Part shown: piece after piece, positions 49,142 to 61,172 of the stretch
How positions within the stretch are numbered: the first letter of the stretch is position 1
How the letters are laid out: each line of letters begins with the position of its first letter
NCBI GenBank assembly: GCA_965205335.1
Contig: OZ242164.1
Span: 928,001 to 992,000 of the forward strand
Origin: Candidatus Woesearchaeota archaeon
GTDB taxonomy: Archaea > Nanobdellota > Nanobdellia > Woesearchaeales > UBA583
Length of the DNA: 64,000 bases
Direction: 5' to 3'
Made by a program: the position numbers and the translations under genes
The notes under the pieces: generated by a model
Told to the model about the DNA's origin: nothing
Database searches by the model: none
What the model saw: the letters and a program-made list of their open reading frames with translations, nothing else

Positions 49142-50152
49142 CTAAAAAAACTTATCTAATGTTTTTATGTTTTTAATTGTATTCAAACTTCTATCTATTG
49201 TTGTCTCATCAAAATCTTTAAGAATTAAAAACTCTCTTACCTTATCTTTTAACAATTCTTCAAATTTAACCTCAACATCTGTTGTTGGTATTTTCTTAAA
49301 TGTATTATATGTTTCAATCCAGGTATGATCAAAATACTTATGCCAGTCAAGTATCTTAAACATTTCATCCCAGCGATCCCTATAATCCTTTACCAATTTC
49401 AGAGCCTTTTTTGGGCCAATCCCCTTTATCCCTCCGGGATTAAAATCCGTTCCGCACAGAATTGCAATAATAATTAACTCATCATTTGAAATATTAAGAT
49501 TCTTAAGATTTTTCTCTAAATCATAGAACTCAATAGGAACTTCCTTATATACAGAACTTGAAGGAACTTTCCTCCTATTTGAGACAGAAAGATTTCGGAT
49601 TAAAAACCGAGCACCAAACAAAAGAGAATCAAAATCCTGCGAAGCGCTTGCAAAAACCTGCCCGCTCTTAGTCATGTAAGCCGCCTGCGCCTCACCCTCA
49701 GAGGGAGCATCAATAACAGGAAAACCAAACAATCTGATTAACTCCTTAGAATCACAAATCATAGTATCATCTAATTTACTAAGAGATTGAGAATACTTCT
49801 TAACATCTTCCATTAACCCTAAATCAAGAGCCTCGCGGTATTTCTCATCAGCCAGAGCCTTTCTCTTTGCTCTAAGTTCTCTTTCCTTTTCCTTTAATTT
49901 TGGGGCTTTGCCATCAAAAACAAAAACAGGCTTTATATTATTTCTCTTAAAATAAACACACCTGTTAAACAAACCCTTAATATGAGAAGTAACGTTACCT
50001 TTTGAATCAGTCAAAGGATTTCCATCAGGCTGTCTTATTGATGCAAGGAACTGATACAACATATTAAAAGAATCAATTGCAATACACTTATTTGAAATGC
50101 TTGATAACTCAATTTCATCATACTCAAGAATATCTTTTATAGAAACACCCAC
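49142..50152 (-). CDS. fen: Flap endonuclease 1
   Basis: YQFLASIRQPDG.PL, VFDG, APSEGEAQ, SQDFD, GTDFNPGGIKGIGPKKA; PIP-like KTLDKFF. Confidence 0.96.
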   Translation of the reverse strand: MGVSIKDILEYDEIELSSISNKCIAIDSFNMLYQFLASIRQPDGNPLTDSKGNVTSHIKGLFNRCVYFKRNNIKPVFVFDGKAPKLKEKERELRAKRKALADEKYREALDLGLMEDVKKYSQSLSKLDDTMICDSKELIRLFGFPVIDAPSEGEAQAAYMTKSGQVFASASQDFDSLLFGARFLIRNLSVSNRRKVPSSSVYKEVPIEFYDLEKNLKNLNISNDELIIIAILCGTDFNPGGIKGIGPKKALKLVKDYRDRWDEMFKILDWHKYFDHTWIETYNTFKKIPTTDVEVKFEELLKDKVREFLILKDFDETTIDRSLNTIKNIKTLDKFF

Positions 50153-50413
50153 TCTAAACTTTCCCCATTAAATACTTATATAAAGATTTGGTTTATATTT
50201 ATATCACAAAAAATAGTTTCCTATGTCAGTAACACTACTTAATCATATTCCTAAGGGCACCAAACAGTAACTTCACTATCAAATCCAAGGCACTGGATGC
50301 TTGGGCATGAGATGATATATAAAAATATAGAGGATAATGAAATTCTATCGTGCATTTCAACAATAAGAGATTTTAGTTCTGATAAGACAATTGAGATAAG
50401 ATTGGCTCTGTAA

Positions 50414-51670
50414 TTATTTTAGCAGGAAGTCCCCTTTTTCATATTCATCATATACTTTCTTTAAACATTCAATAATGTAATCAATTTCCTGTTTTGTGTT
50501 GTAAAAACTTAGGCTTATTCTTGAAGTTCCACTAACTCCTAAGAGTTTTGCAAGAGGCATGGCGCAATGATGTCCTCCTCTAATTGCAATTCCAGATTTA
50601 TTTAAAATAGCACAAACATCATGAGAGTGAATTCCTTTGATTTCGAAAGAGAAAATAGGAAATCGGTTTTTAGAGGATTTAGAACCGTAAAGAGTTAATC
50701 CTTTAACTTCTTTAATTCTTTTAAGAAAGTGCTTGGTTAGAATCTTCTCATATTTCTCAATGTCAGATAGTCCAATTTTATTTAAGTAATCAATTGCAGC
50801 TCTAAGTCCTATAACTCCACAGATGTTAGGTGTTCCTGCTTCTAATCTTTGAGGCAGTTTTGCATAGTTTGATTTTTCATAACTAACTTCATAAATCATG
50901 CTTCCTCCAAAGACAGTAGGTTTTAATTCTTCAAGACATTCTTTTTTTCCGTATAAAACACCAACTCCTGTTGGGGCAAGCATTTTATGTCCTGAGAAAA
51001 CTAAAAAATCAACGTCTAAATTTTTCACATCTGTTTTAATATTGCAGATACTTTGGGCAGAATCAATAATAGTTATTGCCCCTACTTTTCTTGCAAGTTT
51101 TACAATGTCTTTTAGAGGACAAATTGAACCTAAGACATTGGATATGTGAGATATTGAAATTATCTTTGTTTTATTGGTTATGATTTTATTTGCAGAGTAC
51201 ATATCTAAATTATAATTGCTGTCTAATTTAATAAATTTTAATTTAGCCCCTGTTATTTTGCAAACTTCCTGCCAGCAAACAAGGTTTGCATGATGTTCAG
51301 AGGAAGATAAAACAATTTCATCACCTTTTTTTAACTTGTGAGCAATGCCAAAGGAAATTTTATTTATAGAATCTGTTGTGCCTGATGTGAAAATTATTTC
51401 ATCTGGATGAGAGTTAATGAATTTTGCAACTTTTTCTCTCGCCTTTTCATATTCATGTGTTGCTTTTTCTGAGAGGGAATGCACTCCTCTGTGAACGTTT
51501 GAATTGTATTTTGTGTAAAATTCTATCTGGGAATCAATAACTTCTTTGGTTTTTTGGGTTGTTGCGGCATTATCTACATAGATTAATTTTTTAGAGTTAA
51601 TTGTCCTGCTTAGTATTGGGAAATCTTTTCTGATTTTCTCAAATTTTTTTATTAAATCTTTTTCATTCAT
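50414..51670 (-). CDS. sufS: Cysteine desulfurase SufS
   Basis: DNAATTQK, EHHAN, SGHKMLAPTG, EAGTP, RGGHHCA. Confidence 0.95.
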   Translation of the reverse strand: MNEKDLIKKFEKIRKDFPILSRTINSKKLIYVDNAATTQKTKEVIDSQIEFYTKYNSNVHRGVHSLSEKATHEYEKAREKVAKFINSHPDEIIFTSGTTDSINKISFGIAHKLKKGDEIVLSSSEHHANLVCWQEVCKITGAKLKFIKLDSNYNLDMYSANKIITNKTKIISISHISNVLGSICPLKDIVKLARKVGAITIIDSAQSICNIKTDVKNLDVDFLVFSGHKMLAPTGVGVLYGKKECLEELKPTVFGGSMIYEVSYEKSNYAKLPQRLEAGTPNICGVIGLRAAIDYLNKIGLSDIEKYEKILTKHFLKRIKEVKGLTLYGSKSSKNRFPIFSFEIKGIHSHDVCAILNKSGIAIRGGHHCAMPLAKLLGVSGTSRISLSFYNTKQEIDYIIECLKKVYDEYEKGDFLLK

Positions 51671-51688
51671 TCTTTAAATTTTATTGTT

Positions 51689-52585
51689 TTAATTTGATAT
51701 TAATTCTTGTTTTAGATTTAAAAACGTTTTCACCTGCTCAAAGTAAGAGTCAACAACTAAATTTATGGCATCTTCTCTTCTGATTCCCCTTGAGTTTATA
51801 TAAAACATTATTTCATCTTTTATTTGGGAAATGCTTGCCCCATGAGAACATTTGACATCCTTGTTTTCTATTTCAAGAATCGGTTCTGATAAGATTGAAC
51901 TTTCATCATCAAGAAGAAGCCCATTTAGTTTCTGATGTCCCAATGAATTTATTGCATTTTTTTCAATTCTCACTAACCCATCGCAGAGAACTCTCGCTCC
52001 ATTAACTGCAACCCCATTTACTATTATCTCCGAACTGGAATTTTCTCCAATATGGTTTACTTGAGAGCAGATGAAATTCTCAATTGCGTCTGCATTATAT
52101 GCTCCTTTTAATTCAAAGCTAGAGTTGTAATCTAAGTATGATTTGATAAAGGAAAATCTTGATTCTTTGTTTATGAAACCGTAGTCAAGGCTTGAGTTTT
52201 CTTTCTGATAAATTTGGACAAATTTGAAAATTTCTTTATTGGAACTTGTATCCAATATTTTGCATTTAATGTTTTTTTCAATGATTACTCTGATAATTCC
52301 TAAAAATTTTTGGAGGAAATTCAATTCTAAAAATAAGTCTTTTTTAATCAAGATGTTTAATATGCCCTTGCCTGATATTTCTAATTCTGTATCTTCTGTG
52401 ATTTGAATAGATTTTTCATCTGGTTTATTTTTTTTAAGAGTCTTTGTGTAGAAGTTATGTTCAAAGAATTTAGTATTAAATTTCTGAGTTTTATAGGTTT
52501 GATTAAGTTTAAGGTTTTCTTTAAAGTCTGATGTTTCTTTTTCAAATAATTCTTCAATGCGTTTGATTTCTCTTAGAACTGCCAT
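51689..52585 (-). CDS. sufD: Fe-S assembly protein SufD (short)
   Basis: PILEI...DVKCSHGASI..FYINSRGI. Confidence 0.85.
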   Translation of the reverse strand: MAVLREIKRIEELFEKETSDFKENLKLNQTYKTQKFNTKFFEHNFYTKTLKKNKPDEKSIQITEDTELEISGKGILNILIKKDLFLELNFLQKFLGIIRVIIEKNIKCKILDTSSNKEIFKFVQIYQKENSSLDYGFINKESRFSFIKSYLDYNSSFELKGAYNADAIENFICSQVNHIGENSSSEIIVNGVAVNGARVLCDGLVRIEKNAINSLGHQKLNGLLLDDESSILSEPILEIENKDVKCSHGASISQIKDEIMFYINSRGIRREDAINLVVDSYFEQVKTFLNLKQELISN

Positions 52586-52590
52586 ATTAC

Positions 52591-53997
52591 TTATCCAATG
52601 GAATTTTCCATTTCAAGTTCAATTAGTTTGTTTAGTTCAACTGCATATTCAAAGGGCAGTCTTTTAATAACTTCATTTGCAAATCCTGTTGCTATCATTT
52701 GTTTTGCCTGTTCTTCACTCATTCCTCTGCTCATTAAGTAAAATATTTCATCTTCTCCAATTTTTCCAACTTTTGCTTCATGAATTATCTGGGCATCTAA
52801 TCTACTGCATTCTATTATTGGATATGTATTGGATACTGAGTTGTTATCAACCATTAGAGCATCACATTCAACTGTTGAGATGGAATTTTCTGCCCATTTT
52901 CCTATTTTAACAAGCCCCCTATATGAAGAAATTCCTCCATCTTTTGAGATTGATTTGGATTTAATTATTGATTTTGTATTTTTTCCTAAATGAATTACTT
53001 TTGTTCCTGTGTCCTGTTCTTGGTTTTCACCACTAAATGCAATACCCATACTCTCTGACTGGGAGTTTTCCCCAATTAGAATTGAACAAGGGTAGAGCAT
53101 TGTTCTTGAACTTCCCATATTCCCGTTAAGCCATTCAATTTTTCCGTTTTTTGAAACTATTGCTCTTTTTGTGTTTAGGTTAAATGTATTTTTTGACCAG
53201 TTTTCAATGCTTGAGTAAATAACTTTTGCCCCTTCTCCTACATATATTTCAACGCATCCAGCGTGAAGAGAGTTTTCTGCATATCTTGGTGATGAGCAAC
53301 CTTCAATGTAGTGAACCTCTGAGTTTTTATCTGCAATAATTAGTGTGTGTTCAAATTGTCCTCCTCTCTGGGCGTTCATTCTAAAATAAGCTTGAAGTGG
53401 CATATCTATTTTAACTCCCTGCGGTATGTAAATGAAAGTTCCACCGCTCCAGACTGCCCCATGAAGCATTGCGAATTTATGATCTGAAATTGGAACGCAG
53501 TTTGTCATAAAATGCTTTTTTACAAGTTCTGGGAATTTATGCAAAGCACTGTCCATATCTTCAAAGATGATTCCTTTTTCTTCCCATTCTTTTTTAAGGT
53601 TATGATATACATTTCTTGAATCATATTGTCCGCCAACTCCCGCCAAGGCTTCTCTTTCTGCTTTACGGATTCCCAGTTTTTCAAATGTTTGCTTTATATC
53701 CTCTGGCACATCATCCCATGTTCTTGCTGATTCACTCTGTGGGTTAATGTAATAAATGATTTTATCTAAGTCTAATTTGGAAATGTCAGGACCCCAGTTT
53801 GGAATACTTGTTTTGTTGAATAATTCAAGCGCTTTTAGTCTTTTTTTGAGCATCCAATCTGGTTCATTTTTATCAGATGAAATCTTCCGGACAACTTCTT
53901 CTGTAATTCCTGGTTTTGCAATATATTTTGATTTGGAGTTTGGATTCGCATCATCATATCTGCTCCTGTCAATTTCAAAGTCTGAATTTATTTCCAT
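52591..53997 (-). CDS. sufB: Fe-S assembly protein SufB
   Basis: EPDWML, AVWSGGTF, GQFEHTLI, YIEGC, HEAKVGKI, FYLMSRG, EYAVELN. Confidence 0.96.
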   Translation of the reverse strand: MEINSDFEIDRSRYDDANPNSKSKYIAKPGITEEVVRKISSDKNEPDWMLKKRLKALELFNKTSIPNWGPDISKLDLDKIIYYINPQSESARTWDDVPEDIKQTFEKLGIRKAEREALAGVGGQYDSRNVYHNLKKEWEEKGIIFEDMDSALHKFPELVKKHFMTNCVPISDHKFAMLHGAVWSGGTFIYIPQGVKIDMPLQAYFRMNAQRGGQFEHTLIIADKNSEVHYIEGCSSPRYAENSLHAGCVEIYVGEGAKVIYSSIENWSKNTFNLNTKRAIVSKNGKIEWLNGNMGSSRTMLYPCSILIGENSQSESMGIAFSGENQEQDTGTKVIHLGKNTKSIIKSKSISKDGGISSYRGLVKIGKWAENSISTVECDALMVDNNSVSNTYPIIECSRLDAQIIHEAKVGKIGEDEIFYLMSRGMSEEQAKQMIATGFANEVIKRLPFEYAVELNKLIELEMENSIG

Positions 53998-54655
53998 AAT
54001 CTAATTACTAATAGTATGTTAGGGTTTATAAATTTAGACATTAACTATTAGTCAAGATATTGTGCCATTTCTATTGAGATGTCAATTAGATTGTTTATTT
54101 CTTTTGTAAGAAATTCTTCCCACTTCCTATTTCATATGTAAATAAACCAAGGTGAAAGAAATAATTTTTTGAGTTCTTGTTATGAAATCCTCAGAGTCGA
54201 TCTCTAATCTGCTGACTTATGTAGTTCCTTCTATCAATAATTTCGCTAAAGTTTATTTTTAAGTCTGCAATTCTTTGGGTGTTTTTGCAAATACTCATAT
54301 TATTCTTCAAGTTGGACACATTCTTTTCTTGCTTTTTCTATGTCTATTTTCCCCACAGGATTCCATAATTTAAAGTTATAGTTAAATAGGTTTTGTTTGG
54401 CTTTTTCTTCATCTTCCTGATTTGTTCCTTTAAAGAGCATAAAGAACATTTTCTATAATTTAAAATTGCACTTTGATTTGTTTTTTTTTCTTCATCTTCT
54501 GAGGCTTCAAAGGATTTTCAGGATTGTGTCATAGTTTTATAAATTCTTGATGATGCAATTGAATAACAAATCTTAACCCTAGTAAGATGTCTTAAATTTG
54601 TTGTTACTTCAGAGTTTGAGTTAATTTATTTATAGTTTTTAAATGCGAACCTTTC

Positions 54656-55255
54656 ATGGTTGAGAAAAATTTATTTAGAATTTTGTTTAGAGTTTTTGTC
54701 TTCTTTTTTGTTGTCTTGGGGGGAGCAACTCTCGTATTCGCGGATTCAAATGGAGTCTGGCATTATGCAGATGATATAAAGGGTGGTGTTTTAGGTGGTG
54801 ATGAAAGTTTTCAGGATTTTATTTTAAATAGTACATTAAGTTTGAAAGATTCTGGCAAGATAACGGATGTTCCAACTCCGATAAATGGAAGTGATGCAGT
54901 TAATAAAGCTTACGTTGATGTCCAACTTGGAGGAGGTAGCTGTAGTAAAGAAGTTTGTACTTGGGCAAGAGGTAGAGTTTGTCCTCCTAACTGGATGAAG
55001 TTGGATTCAGGGGAACTTCTTTCAGATGGATTTAGATTAGATCCTAATTTTAATAGTAGTGATGATGATAAAATGGGATCTTTTTGCTGTAGAAGTTTTT
55101 CTTCTTTCCCTGCTGGTGGTGAAGTATGCGGTTCGGGTAAAGACATTTGTATTGTTGGAAATTTTTATAACTCATCTTCTAATTCAACTCATTATAATTG
55201 GTATTGCAGTGGTGTTAATGGTGGAAATGATACTATGTGCAGTAAAATTAAATGA
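54656..55255 (+). CDS. Secreted cysteine-rich protein with an adhesin/tail-fibre-like DAVNKAYVD motif
   Basis: Signal peptide, ITDVPTP..GSDAVNKAYVD, Cys-rich C-terminus. Confidence 0.7.
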   Translation: MVEKNLFRILFRVFVFFFVVLGGATLVFADSNGVWHYADDIKGGVLGGDESFQDFILNSTLSLKDSGKITDVPTPINGSDAVNKAYVDVQLGGGSCSKEVCTWARGRVCPPNWMKLDSGELLSDGFRLDPNFNSSDDDKMGSFCCRSFSSFPAGGEVCGSGKDICIVGNFYNSSSNSTHYNWYCSGVNGGNDTMCSKIK

Positions 55256-55274
55256 TACTATGTGCAGTAAAATT
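55225..55274 (+). repeat. Perfect 25-bp tandem duplication
   Basis: AAATGATACTATGTGCAGTAAAATT x2; creates the TGA stop of the 54656 ORF. Confidence 0.92.
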
Positions 55275-55439
55275 AAATCTCCTTCTTCCCAATTTTCTCC
55301 AATAGAGTAATATGATATCGATCCTTAAATTATTCACAAATTAATAAAGAGAATATTCCTTTATTATTAATCTCTTCTTAAATCCGAGTCCTCTAATAAA
55401 TTCATCATAAGATATAAATAAATCCATATTGCAAGAAAA

Positions 55440-55817
55440 CTATTTTTTGAATAGAATTTCAAGTTTATTAGGATTCATTTTAACTTCTTTTATAATCTTG
55501 CTTGGACCTACAACAGTTAAACCGAGTCTATTTCCTACTAAGACTTTTAAAATATGCTTTTTCACTTTTTGAACAATTGTAGTTGATTCTTTCCCTTCAA
55601 GAAAAGCAATCTCAATTCCTGTAAATTTCCCTGACACATTTTCCAGTGCTTTCGCCATCAAATCTGTCTCCTCCTGTGGATTTAGTCTGCCCTCTATTAA
55701 GACAATATCTCCTTTCTTAACAATCCTAAGAATTTTATCTACTTTACTTGAAACATCTAAATCATCTAATAACTCATGTGATAATACTTGAACTCCCATT
55801 TTAATAAAACTCCTCAA
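55440..55817 (-). CDS. DUF2073 family protein (OapB/ArvB-like)
   Basis: IVLIEGRLNPQEE..L...FTGIEI...GLTVVGP. Confidence 0.85.
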   Translation of the reverse strand: MRSFIKMGVQVLSHELLDDLDVSSKVDKILRIVKKGDIVLIEGRLNPQEETDLMAKALENVSGKFTGIEIAFLEGKESTTIVQKVKKHILKVLVGNRLGLTVVGPSKIIKEVKMNPNKLEILFKK

Positions 55818-56424
55818 AAATTACCTTATATAAATTATCAATTCCTTTTCCTGTTTTTGCACTGACCCCAACAACTTCATAGTCTGGAAAAACTAATTTG
55901 ATTTTGTCAATATTGGATTTTTTCATATCAGTTTTATTTGCAACAATTATTAATTTTTTATTCTTTGCAACTAAATTTCCAACAAGGGTAATATTCACCT
56001 GACTATAAGGGTTTAATCTGGAATCCAATACAACAAGCACAGCATCAACCCTATCAAGCCATTTTATACTCTCAATAACTCCTCTTGTTGCCTCTTTAGC
56101 TCTTTCCTTTGCATCTTTTTTCCGTATGCCCTTTTTAACAAAATCTTCAAAATCAATCTTAGTTGCGATACCTGGGGTGTCAATTAAATTAAAATTTATT
56201 GTTCTTCCTCCCTTTTTCATTTCAAGTTTTTCAACCTTTTGAATTTCCCTTGTCTCATGTTCAATTGCGGATTCAACAAAAACTGGTGCATCCTTGCCTA
56301 AAACATCTTTCAAGATTCTATTTGCAAGGGTACTTTTCCCTGCATTTGGGGGACCATACAAACCCAAACTAAGTTTCTTCTTTTTCATAAACATACTAAT
56401 AAATCTTGAAAAGAAATTTGCCAT
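55801..56424 (-). CDS. Era-like small GTPase (OapA/ArvA-like)
   Basis: GLYGPPNAGKSTLANRI, HETR, DTPG, ANKTD, SAKTG. Confidence 0.9.
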   Translation of the reverse strand: MANFFSRFISMFMKKKKLSLGLYGPPNAGKSTLANRILKDVLGKDAPVFVESAIEHETREIQKVEKLEMKKGGRTINFNLIDTPGIATKIDFEDFVKKGIRKKDAKERAKEATRGVIESIKWLDRVDAVLVVLDSRLNPYSQVNITLVGNLVAKNKKLIIVANKTDMKKSNIDKIKLVFPDYEVVGVSAKTGKGIDNLYKVIFEEFY

Positions 56425-56521
56425 GTATTATATCCTAAAAATTAGTTTAAAAAACTTTCCATTCATTATTAAAAGTTACAACAAAATTTCCATTAAAGTT
56501 ATAATATATTATTATAGGAAA

Positions 56522-56767
56522 TTAGGAATTAACAATTCTTTCGATTGATGTTATAGCATCCATAATTACATTTCTTGAGAAGGAGTCAATGTTTTGCATA
56601 TTTGAAATTGTTTCAAGTTTATCCTGAATTTTAAGCAAGTCATTGTTATCAGAAACATTTTTTAATTCTTCAATTACTTTTTCAAGTTCATCTCTAACTC
56701 TCAAAGGAGAATCAGAAACAAGCATTTCCAAACCTTCAACTAAGTCTTCTATCAAGTCTTCATCCAT
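56522..56767 (-). CDS. UPF0147 family protein
   Basis: D.PLRVR...LETISNMQNIDSFSRNVIMDAITSIE. Confidence 0.7.
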   Translation of the reverse strand: MDEDLIEDLVEGLEMLVSDSPLRVRDELEKVIEELKNVSDNNDLLKIQDKLETISNMQNIDSFSRNVIMDAITSIERIVNS

Positions 56768-56768
56768 T

Positions 56769-57002
56769 TTATATTTTGAGAGTTTTATCAATAACCTCCA
56801 AACTTTTTATTAGGGCGTTTGTTGCAATTTTCAAATCAAGAACTGAATTTGTATCAATTCTAACTGCAACTGCATCATTTTCTTTTGAAACATCAACAGT
56901 TATTTTTTTGGTTTTAAAGTCAAAATCTTCCTGAGATAATAAATTAAAATAAATATCATTATTCTCTTTTACATCTAATAAAAATTTGGAAGAAAATTTC
57001 AT
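56769..57002 (-). CDS. pcc1: KEOPS complex subunit Pcc1
   Basis: Conserved gene order L37ae-rpo12-pcc1; VRID.NSV.DLKIATNALIKSL. Confidence 0.7.
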   Translation of the reverse strand: MKFSSKFLLDVKENNDIYFNLLSQEDFDFKTKKITVDVSKENDAVAVRIDTNSVLDLKIATNALIKSLEVIDKTLKI

Positions 57003-57145
57003 CTGGCTTTAATTGGGTCTAAAATTCTGTTTTGTTTTTTAGATAGAACTTTTGAGGAACAAAAAGGACATCTAATCTTTCGTTCAACTAGTTTACCATT
57101 AACTGTTTTTCCACATTCTGAGTTTGCGCAAATATAATCTACCAT
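56999..57145 (-). CDS. rpo12: RNA polymerase subunit Rpo12 (P)
   Basis: Hand translation: MVDYICANSECGK...IRCPFCSSKVLSKKQ...IKAR; ATGA overlap with pcc1. Confidence 0.9.
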   Translation of the reverse strand: MVDYICANSECGKTVNGKLVERKIRCPFCSSKVLSKKQNRILDPIKAR

Positions 57146-57148
57146 TTT

Positions 57149-57358
57149 TTAATACGGTCTGTAAGCTTTACCCACAAATACTTTCTCACAGGCATGGCAT
57201 TTCCATATCCCATAAGCCATTCTTCTAACTTTTGCTTCTTTTGAACAAAAAGGGCATTTGTGCTTAGATCTTGAAGATTTTTCTATGTCTAATACTTTTT
57301 TCCTCAGAGTGTTTCCATATCTTACTCCAAATCTTTTAGAACTGCCTATCTCCTTCAT
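57149..57358 (-). CDS. rpl37ae: 50S ribosomal protein L37ae
   Basis: RFGVRYG..LRK, CPFC, GIWKC..C, GKAY. Confidence 0.95.
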   Translation of the reverse strand: MKEIGSSKRFGVRYGNTLRKKVLDIEKSSRSKHKCPFCSKEAKVRRMAYGIWKCHACEKVFVGKAYRPY

Positions 57359-57699
57359 CTTAATATTACAAATAATGCTATTTTCTTTATAAAGATTATG
57401 GAATTTTAAATTTTTTCTATGTTCTTTTCTTGCTTTGTTTTTGTCTAAGCTTTATCTTCTTAATTTGTTATATGTATTTCTAATAGAAATATTAAACTAT
57501 TTTTGCTTTTGGTCTTAGTTAGTAATTTTTTATTATGGGGTAAATTTTATAAAGGGGATTGTGTTATTTATATTTACTTGTGAGCAATCATCCTTTGTGA
57601 TGTTTGTGATAGACGAAATAGACAACGCATACTATTGTATGTACAAAACTCTAGGCAAAAATGATTAAAGATTTGAATAATTTAGATCTTTGACTAAGA

Positions 57700-59150
<1,451 letters not shown>

Positions 59151-59211
59151 TTTTATAATAAAAACAAAAATACTAATACTTCTTTCTCAGGGATTAGATA
59201 TATTCTATAAA

Positions 59212-59634
59212 ATGAATGAACTAAAAACAAAGAAAAATTCCACAAGCGTAATTAAGTTTATAGATAATATAAAAAATAAACAGAGAAGAGAGGATTCTAA
59301 AAAACTTCTTGAGATATTTAAAGAAGTAACTAATATGAAACCATCTATGTGGGGAACAAGCATTATTGGTTTTGGAGAGTACCATTATAAAAGTAAAAGT
59401 GGATGGGAAGGGGATTGGCCAATTACTGGTTTTTCTCCAAGAAAGCAGAATTTATCAATTTATATAATGAATGGGTTTAGTGAATATTAAAATTTATTGA
59501 AAGAAATTGGAAAACATAAAACTGGTTCATCATGTCTTTATATAAATAAATTATCTGATATTAATGTTAGTATATTAAAGAAAATAATTAAACATTCTAT
59601 TAAAACTATGAAGAAAATATATAACGTCAAATGA
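59212..59634 (+). pseudogene. DUF1801 (YdhG-like) protein with an in-frame TAA at 59488
   Basis: MWGTSIIGFGEYHY...GFSPRKQNLSIY...EY*NLLKEIGKHKTGSSCLYINKLSD continues in the same frame. Confidence 0.85.
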
Positions 59635-59781
59635 ATTAATCTTGTATATAATCTTACTCTTCTAAATTAAAGATTTAGTTTATTATCATTGGTATCTTTA
59701 ACACATTCAATTCTGCAATAGAGAATAAAAAAATTTAAATATAACAGACAAAAGAAACAAAGTATCCTTATATATATCAAA

Positions 59782-60162
59782 ATGGATGAAGACTTAATAG
59801 AAGAAGAAAGGGAAAGAAAAGAACTGTTTATACAGAAAGTTGATAAAGCAATAGAAGAAGAAAAAGAAAAGAGAGAACTATTTACATGGCAGGGGGTATC
59901 TATTGTTTCTATTTTGCTTTGGTATGTTTACTATTTTATTGCCCCACATTTAAGTGTTCTTTTCAATATAGGCAAAACAGGTATCTGGATTGTTATGGCT
60001 TTTATATTCTTTGCGGGCACAGCCTTATATAAACTCATTACAAAAATAATAAGGAAAGATACAAGTTTAAAAGCAGAAAAGAAAATAACAGTCATACTTT
60101 TATGTTTCGCCATTTGTTTTTGGGTTTTTGTGTGGGTTGGAGTAATTTCTCCACACAATTAA
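59782..60162 (+). CDS. Hypothetical membrane protein (3 TM helices)
   Basis: Charged N-terminus followed by three hydrophobic helices. Confidence 0.6.
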   Translation: MDEDLIEEERERKELFIQKVDKAIEEEKEKRELFTWQGVSIVSILLWYVYYFIAPHLSVLFNIGKTGIWIVMAFIFFAGTALYKLITKIIRKDTSLKAEKKITVILLCFAICFWVFVWVGVISPHN

Positions 60163-60360
60163 ATTTTTAAGAATTTAATATAGATGGGAATAGTAACTAA
60201 TCCAGATGCAATAGTTGATATTTATTAAAAATAGCTCTATTGAATACTGGCCAGTCAAATACTTTTACTGTGCCAGATATGTCTTCATAATTTTTTCCTT
60301 TTTTAGTGTTTCTTTTTTTGTGGAATAATATTGTAACAAAAATTCTTTATATAAAAGGAA

Positions 60361-60444
60361 CGGCAACACTGGGATTTGAACCCAGACGACTATAAAGTCC
60401 TACCTTTCCAGGGTAGTGGAATAACCAGATTATCCGATATTGCC
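60361..60444 (-). tRNA. tRNA-Ser(GGA)
   Basis: CTACC-CTGGAAA-GGTAG, variable arm GACT-TTAT-AGTC, GGTTCAAATCC. Confidence 0.93.
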
Positions 60445-61172
60445 TCAAATAATTATTTGTAATAAGATAGATAATATGTGAAATATTTATAATAACTATG
60501 AAATGAAATTCTATTTATATAGTTTGCTAATCGTTTTTTATTGTGCAGTAAAGTAGCATATGCTACCAATCAATTTTATTGAAGACTTCAGCAGGAGTTT
60601 TCTGATGAAGGCTTAAATGAGGTCTAAATTGATTGTAATTAAAACGAAATAACTCTAAATCATTATTATAAAAAGAACATTCACTTTTAATAGTACCAAA
60701 AAGTCTTTCGACTTTTCCATTCGTTTGAGGTCTTTTGATCTTTGTACGAATGTGTTTAAGATTTCTTCTTCTACACCAAACATCAAACTTTGAATACTTT
60801 GATTTCCCGCCATAGGGACTTCCATTATCACTAATTATCTGTTTGGGAGTTCCAAACTGGGAAATTAAAGTATCTAAGAACTGCGTAACTACAAATGTGG
60901 TGACTGTTGGAACATGTAAAATACCTAAGCAGTAACGTGAACAGTCATCAATTACTGCAATTACTTTACCTGATTCACCAAACTCACTATCGTCAATATG
61001 CCATAGGGAGTTTGGATTTTCACGTTCGAAACGAACGTATTTAGCTCTTTGCCCACGATTATGTTCTTTACGAGTTAAACCATTACGTTTTAGAACTTTA
61101 TTGATTGTAGTATGAGATAATTGAACAGATTTAATCTTTTGCTTTAGCTTTAGTGCTCCCCAACCAGTTTTA

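Noticed and set aside
50160-50410. Intergenic stretch as a possible ncRNA (SRP, RNase P, C/D box)
   Set aside because: No recognisable conserved motifs or extended GC-rich stems
59488-59490. In-frame TAA as evidence of stop-codon recoding
   Set aside because: TAA terminates many conserved genes here, so a single nonsense change or error is simpler
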